Shown here piece after piece: positions 25,111 to 32,058 of a stretch of 32,058 bases of DNA; positions within the stretch are counted from its first letter, which is position 1; each line of letters starts with the position of its first letter. Origin of the DNA: Candidatus Heimdallarchaeota archaeon (GTDB taxonomy: Archaea > Asgardarchaeota > Heimdallarchaeia > Heimdallarchaeales > Heimdallarchaeaceae); contig JABCTC010000038.1 of assembly GCA_018238545.1 (NCBI GenBank), forward strand, positions 1 through 32,058. The letters run 5' to 3'. A program made the translations under genes and the position numbers. Under the pieces are notes generated by a model, which saw only the letters and a list, made by a program, of their open reading frames with translations, did no database searches and was not told the DNA's origin.

Positions 25111-25126
25111 ATTCCCTACAAAATAT

Positions 25127-25134
25127 TTTATATA
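25127..25134 (+). promoter_or_regulatory. Putative TATA box (TTTATATA) for sucC-sucD
   Basis: Consensus TATA 23-30 nt upstream of the ATG at 25157. Confidence 0.5.
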
Positions 25135-25156
25135 CTTCACAAGTCTGGCTTTCATA

Positions 25157-26299
25157 ATGAGCATGCTTTATGAATTTGAAGGAAAACTATTATTCAAAGA
25201 TAGTAAAATTCCGATCCCTCGCATTAAGATTTATACGGATACCGAAAGTATAAAGCAATTTGCAGAAGAGATTGGTCGCGACACTATGATGGCTAAAGGT
25301 CAAGCGCTAGCCGGAGGTAGAGGAAAAGCAGGATTGATCAAGAAAGTAACAATAGATACTGCCGAGGAATATATCAAGAGCATAATTGGTAGAGAACACA
25401 AAGGAAAACCAGTTGCAGCGGTAATGTTAGAAGAACTAGTTGAAATCACTAAAGAATATTATTTAGCTTTGATGTTAGATAATAAATCAGGTTCATACCT
25501 CATGCTTGCCAGTACTATGGGAGGTATAGACATTGAGGATGTTGCTGACAACCATCCTAGTGAGATACATCGCACATTGCTTCCCATCAACATTGATCCC
25601 CAGACCTATCATTTTATGGAGCTAGGTAAAAAGATGGGCTTCAAAGCTAAAACGTTGACACAATTTGCAAGTATTTGTGTCAAAATGTTCTTGATGGCAA
25701 TAAAACATGATTTAACATTAATAGAAATAAACCCACTTGTTATCACTCCTGATGATAAATTAATTGCAGCTGATTCTAAAGTAGTAATTGATGGAAATTC
25801 TTACTTCAGGCAACCAGCTATAGCAGCATTGCAATCCCAAAGAGATCAACATACTGAATTGGAATACGAAGCTACTCAAGCTGGAATTAGTTACGTCCAA
25901 CTTGATGGCGACATAGGTATTATTGCGGGAGGTGCAGGATTATCAATGACAACTTGTGATTTGTTAGAATTTTATGGTAGTTCTCCTGCAAACTTTCTAG
26001 ATGTTGGCGGTGGCGCTAATGATGAGAAAGTCTACAAAGCTCTTGAGCTTCTATCAAAAATGGATATTAAAGGGATATGTGTGAACTTCTTCGCAGGTAT
26101 CACTAGATGCGATGATGTTGCAAATGGAATAATTAGTGCAAATAAGAAACTAAACATCAATGTTCCTTTGGTTATTAGAATGATTGGAACAAAAGATGTC
26201 GAAGGCATAAAAATCTTAGAAGAAAACGAAATACATGCTTACACTAAAATGGAGCCATCGGTTCAGAAAATTGTTGAGCTTGTTAAAGGAGGAAATTAA
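25157..26299 (+). CDS. sucC: Succinate--CoA ligase (ADP-forming) beta subunit
   Basis: LYEFEGKLLF, GGRGKAG, EYYL, GGIDIE, EINPL, YVQLDGDIG, GAGL, PANFLDVGGGA and GITRCD. Confidence 0.9.
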   Translation: MSMLYEFEGKLLFKDSKIPIPRIKIYTDTESIKQFAEEIGRDTMMAKGQALAGGRGKAGLIKKVTIDTAEEYIKSIIGREHKGKPVAAVMLEELVEITKEYYLALMLDNKSGSYLMLASTMGGIDIEDVADNHPSEIHRTLLPINIDPQTYHFMELGKKMGFKAKTLTQFASICVKMFLMAIKHDLTLIEINPLVITPDDKLIAADSKVVIDGNSYFRQPAIAALQSQRDQHTELEYEATQAGISYVQLDGDIGIIAGGAGLSMTTCDLLEFYGSSPANFLDVGGGANDEKVYKALELLSKMDIKGICVNFFAGITRCDDVANGIISANKKLNINVPLVIRMIGTKDVEGIKILEENEIHAYTKMEPSVQKIVELVKGGN

Positions 26300-26300
26300 G

Positions 26301-27173
26301 ATGGCTGTATTAATAGATAAATCTACTAAAGTAATTGTACAAGGAATGACTGGAAAACAAGGCAGTTTCCATGCAAGATCAATGATCGAATACGGTACAC
26401 AAGTTGTAGCTGGAGTAACACCGGGTAAAGGAGGACAAGAGGTTTTAGGTGTTCCAATATATGATACAATGAAAGAGGCTGTAGACGCAACACAAGCAAC
26501 GGCTTCTGTGGTTTTCATACCAGCCCCCTTTGTTTATTCTGCTGCTCTTGAAGCGATTGATTCAGGTGTTGAACTTCTAACCATTATAACTGAAGGAGTA
26601 CCTGTAAGAGACACAGCAAGAATCAGAAGAAGAGTGTATGAACAGAATATAACCTTAGTTGGTCCAAATTGCCCAGGTATTATAACTCCGGGTGAAGCAA
26701 AAATTGGTATCATTCCAGGTGCTATTTGTACTAAGGGAAATGTTGGAATCGTAAGCCGAAGTGGAACACTTACTTATGAAATCATACAAAATCTCACTTT
26801 GAGTGGCTATGGTCAATCCACATGTATTGGTCTTGGCGGAGATCCAGTTAGAGGTATAGATTTCAAGGAAAGTCTTAGATTATTCGAACAAGACCCTGAA
26901 ACAAAACACATTGTTCTAGTTGGAGAGATAGGTGGAACAGGTGAACAAGAAGCGGCTCAACTTGTAAAAGAAGAAATTTCCAAACCTGTTTATGGGTTCA
27001 TAGCAGGAAATGGCACATGGGTTAAACCAGGAAAGCAAATGGGACACGCTGGAGCAATTGTCCATGGTAAATCAGGAACTGCTCAAGAAAAACTTCGTAT
27101 TCTGAATGAAGCAGGAATCTTAACAGCTCACACACCTAGTGAAATTCCAAATATAATTAAAGAAAATATGTGA
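26301..27173 (+). CDS. sucD: Succinate--CoA ligase alpha subunit
   Basis: VQGMTGKQG, GVTPGKGG, ITEGVP, GPNCPG, SRSGTLTYE, GGDP, GEIGG and the phospho-His motif MGHAGA; GGAGG Shine-Dalgarno at 26288-26292 before the ATG at 26301. Confidence 0.95.
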   Translation: MAVLIDKSTKVIVQGMTGKQGSFHARSMIEYGTQVVAGVTPGKGGQEVLGVPIYDTMKEAVDATQATASVVFIPAPFVYSAALEAIDSGVELLTIITEGVPVRDTARIRRRVYEQNITLVGPNCPGIITPGEAKIGIIPGAICTKGNVGIVSRSGTLTYEIIQNLTLSGYGQSTCIGLGGDPVRGIDFKESLRLFEQDPETKHIVLVGEIGGTGEQEAAQLVKEEISKPVYGFIAGNGTWVKPGKQMGHAGAIVHGKSGTAQEKLRILNEAGILTAHTPSEIPNIIKENM

Positions 27174-27214
27174 TATCATCACATTTCTTTTCTTCTTTTA
27201 TTCTATAGTTTAAT

Positions 27215-28435
27215 TCAGTAGACCAGGGAAGCATTGAATACCCCTTCATATTCACATGGTATATCTGGGCCAAATCTATAATAGATTGTATAAGTTATTT
27301 TGATTGTCAAGAGTAAAGAGCTATTGTACTCATCTACATTGAATACCAACGTGCTCCCTATTTGGAGATCGCCTTCTTTCTGATAGAAAGAATACCAATG
27401 CATATGTCCTATTATTTCTCCAGCTTGGATACCATATATATCAAATGATTTCAATATCGCATCATATGACCCATCATGTTTGAAATGAACTGTCATAGGT
27501 AGGTATACAATTCCTTCACCTGAGAGGTTATAGCGTAATCCTTTAGGATCAACATCGTCGATACCAGTTTCTATCCCAGGGTTTGTGATAATTGCATCAA
27601 AAATAGGAACAGCGATAATTAAGAGGACAATTAGAGAGGTGTAAATTATCAGTTTTATTCTTTTCTTTTTAACAGTAAATAATTCAATAAAACTCTTCTT
27701 TGTTTTTATCCCCCATTCCATCATTTTTTCTTTAAATATTGTTTGAAATGATTTCTTTGGAGGAGGATTTTTATCATCTCCACCATTTTCAATATCGGTG
27801 GATTCTGCTTGTTCTTCAGCTGATTCCGCCTTACTCTCTTTTCCTTCATTATCCTCATCTTCTTTCTTCTTATCGGGAACAAAGATTAGATAAAGAGCAA
27901 CAGCCACTAATGCTCCAATGAGGATATATCTGAAAACAGGTGAATCAGATAACCACAATCTAAGATAACCTACTTTTGGTATTAGTAATACTGTTTTTCC
28001 CACAACATTTTCATAAGGAATTAATGAAGTTGTCGAGTTGAATTGATCTATATCCTGATTGGAATCTTTATTGTCTCCACTTACTCTATAATAATATTGA
28101 CCATTTCCTCCATCAGCTATAACGGTAATATTCACAACACGATGGATAATCAATATTCCTGTACTAAAAGCATTTTCTGATTCATAAACAATTACATCTC
28201 CAAGCTCAATATTTTCTGGAGCAGATTTGTGAATCAGAAACATATCTCCTTGATCATATACGGGACACATTGAGGAATGTGGGCATGGCCCATTTTCAAT
28301 CACAACTAACGAGATACCAAAAATACCTCCAAACATCATTTTAACAAAGAAAAATAAAACCAATGCTAAAACAACCATGGTAACGGTTTCTTTAACGTTT
28401 ATTTTCTTCTTGATTTTAGCTAAAGTAGAAGACAT
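27215..28435 (-). CDS. Signal peptidase I (S26B/Sec11-type) with a long C-terminal extension
   Basis: N-terminal TM, SM.P..GD (catalytic Ser), GDVIVY, IIHRVV (catalytic His), GDN...D, VVGK...IPKVGY, a second TM, then an acidic linker, a third TM and a soluble domain. Confidence 0.85.
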   Translation of the reverse strand: MSSTLAKIKKKINVKETVTMVVLALVLFFFVKMMFGGIFGISLVVIENGPCPHSSMCPVYDQGDMFLIHKSAPENIELGDVIVYESENAFSTGILIIHRVVNITVIADGGNGQYYYRVSGDNKDSNQDIDQFNSTTSLIPYENVVGKTVLLIPKVGYLRLWLSDSPVFRYILIGALVAVALYLIFVPDKKKEDEDNEGKESKAESAEEQAESTDIENGGDDKNPPPKKSFQTIFKEKMMEWGIKTKKSFIELFTVKKKRIKLIIYTSLIVLLIIAVPIFDAIITNPGIETGIDDVDPKGLRYNLSGEGIVYLPMTVHFKHDGSYDAILKSFDIYGIQAGEIIGHMHWYSFYQKEGDLQIGSTLVFNVDEYNSSLLLTIKITYTIYYRFGPDIPCEYEGVFNASLVY

Positions 28436-28549
28436 CGGTTGAAAGTAGAGGAAGATATTCTAAAATATTTCTATTCAAAGTGAGGAGTTGTTTTCGTAAG
28501 ATTTCTCGAAATAATCAAATTTATATGGCATTTTCACACAATATTGTTA

Positions 28550-28861
28550 ATGAAACCTCAATCAAGATTAGCGAAAGTAACAGAAATCAACGTGAAATCT
28601 AAAATCAAAGCTAAAAAAGCAACTATTATCGAAATTAAAGGCATATTGGGTGACACAGGATGGCAATTCGCTGAAGAAAGAGTGTCAATAGATAAAAATA
28701 CCAATGTTCTTTCAATTAGTTTAGGTATTTTTAAAAAACCAGGGATGGCAGGACTGGATGTTATAACTAACTTCGTGAAGGAAATCAATCTGACATTTCC
28801 TCATAAGGGAATTTGGAAAATCCAATGTAATAAACAAGAAATAGATGTCGAAATAAGATAA
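28550..28861 (+). CDS. Small beta-rich (Ig-like) hypothetical protein
   Basis: 103-aa ORF with alternating beta-strand patterns; TTTATAT at 28520-28526 is 24-30 nt upstream of the ATG at 28550. Confidence 0.6.
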   Translation: MKPQSRLAKVTEINVKSKIKAKKATIIEIKGILGDTGWQFAEERVSIDKNTNVLSISLGIFKKPGMAGLDVITNFVKEINLTFPHKGIWKIQCNKQEIDVEIR

Positions 28862-28934
28862 TATTTCCAATAATTTCATGTAGTAGAAACAGTTCATACA
28901 AACGTTTAATAGTTGTAACGATTTTTGCCGGAAT

Positions 28935-29270
28935 ATGGAACGTGATAAACCTCTAATGGAATTATCATTAGATTATCTGAAAAACTTTGGGACACTGACA
29001 CATGATTTGTCACTAATAGAAGGTCCCCCTAAACATGCTATTGAATTTCTTATCATCATCAAAGAACTTCTGGTTGGTGTGTGGATACTTGATTGGAAAA
29101 GAAGTGTTGGGACAGATAAAATCATACACATTGAAAGGATAGTTCAAAGATCTAATTTAAGTGGAGGATTCATTGTTGCTAATAATTTTTCACCTAATGC
29201 AAGAGAATTAGCTCAACAAACAGATACTCTTGAGTTAATAGAAAAAGCTGAGATTCTTTACCATACATGA
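28935..29270 (+). CDS. Stand-alone Mrr-like restriction-endonuclease-fold protein, probably inactive
   Basis: DWKRSVG...GGFIVANNFSPNARELA...LELIE matches the Mrr_cat C-terminal pattern; the D...(Q/E)xK catalytic motif is not recognisable. Confidence 0.6.
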   Translation: MERDKPLMELSLDYLKNFGTLTHDLSLIEGPPKHAIEFLIIIKELLVGVWILDWKRSVGTDKIIHIERIVQRSNLSGGFIVANNFSPNARELAQQTDTLELIEKAEILYHT

Positions 29271-29278
29271 TAAAGCGC

Positions 29279-30004
29279 CTAATTTTGTTTACTCCCGCAA
29301 AGAGGGCAATAATAGGAATCTGAAGGAAGCTCATGTCCACATCTAACACAAAATACTGTTGAGCCATCACCCTTTTGTTGAATTGAGGAAAGAATCTCAA
29401 ATGTACGATGGATTAAATCTATTAATGCGAGAAAAGCATTTACTACATTTTCTTGATACTTCTCTTCTTTGAGTTCTTTATTATTAAGTTCAATTCTAGA
29501 AAAAGCACAAAGATTAGTGGGTACATTTGATATCTTAAGTTGTAATTCTTTGCGCAATTTTGAAGGAAATTTGTCCCGTGAACCAATCATTACAGTATCA
29601 AGAAACTTTTTGTTAAGAAGAAGATCAGGATAGCACGCATCTATAGTTGCATCAGACAGTAACTGATTCATAAATACTTTAGATTCACTTAAAATATCGA
29701 ATTTTGGGGGTTTGGATTTAAAAGTAACAAAATCACTACTTTCGATTTTTGTGTCATCTACCATCCAAATCATATCAGCGATAGTAGTCTTCCCATTTTC
29801 AAATAATCTGACAATTAATCTAGTCGGAAGCACTTCACGGAGACGAAAACCATAGAAAGTGTTTTTTTTATTATTATCATTAAAATACAAAGTTGGATAA
29901 AGAGCACTACCACTAATTGATCCTCCATATATTGAACTGATAGCTCTAAATATGAGATTAGCAGCAGCTTCCATTTGCTTCAAATAGTTAAGGACATACA
30001 TCAA
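29279..30004 (-). CDS. Hypothetical protein with a C-terminal zinc ribbon
   Basis: FCVRCGHELPSDSYYCPLCG at the C-terminus; start uncertain (29974 is possible). Confidence 0.7.
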   Translation of the reverse strand: MMYVLNYLKQMEAAANLIFRAISSIYGGSISGSALYPTLYFNDNNKKNTFYGFRLREVLPTRLIVRLFENGKTTIADMIWMVDDTKIESSDFVTFKSKPPKFDILSESKVFMNQLLSDATIDACYPDLLLNKKFLDTVMIGSRDKFPSKLRKELQLKISNVPTNLCAFSRIELNNKELKEEKYQENVVNAFLALIDLIHRTFEILSSIQQKGDGSTVFCVRCGHELPSDSYYCPLCGSKQN

Positions 30005-30124
30005 TATAAACCATTGCGAATTTGCAAGAAGAAGCTTTTAAGGAAGGACAAAGGTAACCGCAAAAACAATCGCTATATTTTTAAGCAATTTTTGACAAAG
30101 GGAAATACAATACAATCTAATATA

Positions 30125-30559
30125 ATGGTGAATACAAAAATGAAGAAAAGAGCCGTATCTCCAGTAATTGCAACAGTATTGCTTATTGCTCTGGTAACTG
30201 CAGCAGCAGCTATAGTTTTCCTAGTAGTAATACCTATGTTGAATCCTGCACCTACAGCTTTGCTCACAGTAACTCCAAATTCAACTGATGCTGGTAGTGG
30301 TAATAGAGCAATTCAAGTAGATGTTAAAGCATTGAATGGTGCGTTAAATATCACGGGTGTGGATGTAACCGGTGTAACCGGTGTTACATTGTTAGACTCC
30401 CCAACGGGTTCGAGCGTTATCTATAGTATTATAACCCAAGATGGTTCTATGACAATTTACATAGTTGGTGCTTTTTCAGTAGCAACTGAATATAGTATAA
30501 CTATTAGTTTTGAATCTGGCGTAAGTTCTATAGCACAGTCTTTCACACATACAGCATAA
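30125..30559 (+). CDS. Archaeal type IV pilin (class III signal peptide)
   Basis: KKRA|VSPVIATVLLIALVTAAAAIV cleavage motif and hydrophobic helix, then a Ser/Thr-rich beta domain with NxS/T sequons (NST, NIT). Start is 30125 or 30140 rather than the TTG at 29975. Confidence 0.88.
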   Translation: MVNTKMKKRAVSPVIATVLLIALVTAAAAIVFLVVIPMLNPAPTALLTVTPNSTDAGSGNRAIQVDVKALNGALNITGVDVTGVTGVTLLDSPTGSSVIYSIITQDGSMTIYIVGAFSVATEYSITISFESGVSSIAQSFTHTA

Positions 30560-30590
30560 TTGTTCTTTTTCTTTCTTATTTTTTCTTTTA
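30560..30590 (+). terminator. U-rich terminator after the pilin gene
   Basis: Long pyrimidine/T tract directly after the TAA. Confidence 0.4.
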
Positions 30591-30644
30591 AATCATATTC
30601 AAAAAGCACACCTTTATTTATAACAACAATATTTCTCATCAGTA

Positions 30645-31352
30645 ATGTTGAAGAAATTGTCGAAACCAGAAGCATCCAACGAGCTAGAACAAGTTGTATC
30701 TAAGTTATATGGTGAACAAGTTTCAATCCAAGAACTTATAGATTCAACAGCTGCTTCAAAAAAAGCATCTATCTCCCTTTTCCTTGAAAAGGAAGAAGTT
30801 ATAGGTTATTTAATTTGGATGCTAGAAATTGAAGTTGAAGAGGAAACCAAGGAAAAGATCAAAACCTTAGTTGTTGACGAAATTGTAATTCTCCCCGATT
30901 TCCACAAACTTGAAACAGCAAAAGAGCTGATAGGAGATATAGATAATCTATCAACAGATAAAGAATGTTCAATGATAGAGATGACTTTACCTAGTCAATC
31001 TTTCTGGATTATACCTATTTTCATTCAAGAAGGAGAGTATGTTACATCGGCATTAAGAGTAACTAAAGAACTACAAAAAAGAACTGAATTTGTCTCAATT
31101 TATAATAGCGCTAATGATAAAATCAAACCTGAATTTACTGAAGTGATGGTATCTAAGAATGGTTCATATCAACTAGAAATTATTGAAGAACCAACAGATT
31201 ACAGAAAACTTCTGGAACAAGGTTATAATCCTGAAATCATCAGCATGGTTTTTTATATTGAAGATGAAGCCATTGAAGAAAGCATGAAACTAATCAATAG
31301 CATAACAGAATGGCAAGAGTACTCTATTTCACTAGTTAAAATGATTAACTAA
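30645..31352 (+). CDS. Acidic hypothetical protein with a GNAT-like N-terminal fold
   Basis: EEVIGYLIW...LVVDEIVILPDFHKLETAKELI follows the GNAT beta4-alpha3 pattern but lacks the (Q/R)xxGxG motif. Confidence 0.5.
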   Translation: MLKKLSKPEASNELEQVVSKLYGEQVSIQELIDSTAASKKASISLFLEKEEVIGYLIWMLEIEVEEETKEKIKTLVVDEIVILPDFHKLETAKELIGDIDNLSTDKECSMIEMTLPSQSFWIIPIFIQEGEYVTSALRVTKELQKRTEFVSIYNSANDKIKPEFTEVMVSKNGSYQLEIIEEPTDYRKLLEQGYNPEIISMVFYIEDEAIEESMKLINSITEWQEYSISLVKMIN

Positions 31353-31356
31353 ATAT

Positions 31357-32058
31357 TCATTCTTCTTTCAAAAATAAGTTAATCATGTCCCTTGTTTTCT
31401 TAGGGCAATCTGTTATTATTCCATCAACCTTTTTCTTAACAAGTTGCTGAATATCCTTTTGTTTATTTACAGTCCATGGATAAACTTTCTTCCCAAGACT
31501 GTGATAATAATCTACATGAGAAGAAGACAATAAACGGTAATAAGGATTAATTGCAGAAATGAATGGTTGTTTAGCCATTTTTTTTCCTTTTTTTGGAGGA
31601 AACAAGAACAAATAGGCAAGGCCATAATCTAAAGTAGTATCACTGAGTCCAAACATAATATCAGAGAGAAAAGAACTTACAACTATCCGGTTAGTATCTG
31701 CACCGATATTGTTAAGAAAATCATCGAATTGCTTTTTAGTTACAGAGCACTTTATTTCAATATTAAACTTAATTTTAGGAAGAAAGTTCACTAGCACATC
31801 TTCCAATAGTGGTATGTCATCTTTTGAAGGAAGTTTCATATTTTGTATAGCTTCTAATTTTGTTTCTGCTATGACATATTCAAATTCTTCGAACTTAATT
31901 ATTGGATCATGATGAACTATAAAAGCTCCATCACTTGTTAAATGAGTATCTAGTTCTATCATGTCTGCTTTTTGTTGAATAGCTAATTCAAAGGCTTTAA
32001 TTGTGTTCTGATAAGCATCTTGAGAAGCACCTCTATGAGCAATTACTATAGGAGAACT
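31357..32058 (-). CDS. Glycerophosphodiester phosphodiesterase (GlpQ/UgpQ family); 5' end runs off the window
   Basis: The frame stays open to the window edge: SSPIVIAHRGASQDAYQNTIKAF...MIELDTHLTSDG..IVHHD, NIEIK, VSSF, WTVN and VDGIITDCP. Confidence 0.92.
   Translation of the reverse strand, partial: SSPIVIAHRGASQDAYQNTIKAFELAIQQKADMIELDTHLTSDGAFIVHHDPIIKFEEFEYVIAETKLEAIQNMKLPSKDDIPLLEDVLVNFLPKIKFNIEIKCSVTKKQFDDFLNNIGADTNRIVVSSFLSDIMFGLSDTTLDYGLAYLFLFPPKKGKKMAKQPFISAINPYYRLLSSSHVDYYHSLGKKVYPWTVNKQKDIQQLVKKKVDGIITDCPKKTRDMINLFLKEE

Noticed and set aside
29975-30124. N-terminal extension of the pilin ORF from the TTG at 29975
   Set aside because: It overlaps the divergent gene and promoter region, and class III signal peptides have short leaders.
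2219-31912. Numerous short antisense or alternate-frame ORFs (e.g. 2219..2419, 3390..3650, 3790..4307 group, 8451..8639, 9222..9545, 10630..11003, 14434..20209 group, 23655..23870, 24313..24606, 26216..26518, 27739..27921, 28558..28788, 29194..29400, 30073..30267, 30457..30675, 31709..31912)
   Set aside because: Shadow ORFs lying on well-supported genes, with no recognisable motifs.

Overview
AT-rich (roughly one third G+C by eye), gene-dense archaeal chromosomal segment. Archaeal markers (gatE/gatD, Rpo6, eL42, intron-containing tRNA-His, class III-signal pilin, Sec11-type signal peptidase) together with two Rab-like and one very Arf-like small GTPase point to an Asgard archaeon (inference; possibly Heimdallarchaeia). 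Most genes are housekeeping. The most unusual elements are: (1) a 1908-aa Lhr helicase with three AlkZ/YcaQ(HTH_42)-like modules, followed in frame (TAA-ATG) by a 781-aa protein made of two more such modules; (2) a tRNA-His(GUG) with a 14-nt intron, A73 and no encoded G-1, i.e. eukaryote-like identity elements; (3) several apparent pseudo-enzymes (NSUN6-like without its catalytic cysteines, Mrr-like, a degenerate RecB/Cas4 domain in a TM0106-type protein, GNAT-like); (4) a frameshifted tandem paralog of an isoprenoid-alcohol kinase; (5) a possible decayed IS end truncating a secreted-protein gene at the left edge. No CRISPR array, rRNA or intact mobile element was seen. All family calls come from motif recognition by eye; no searches were run.
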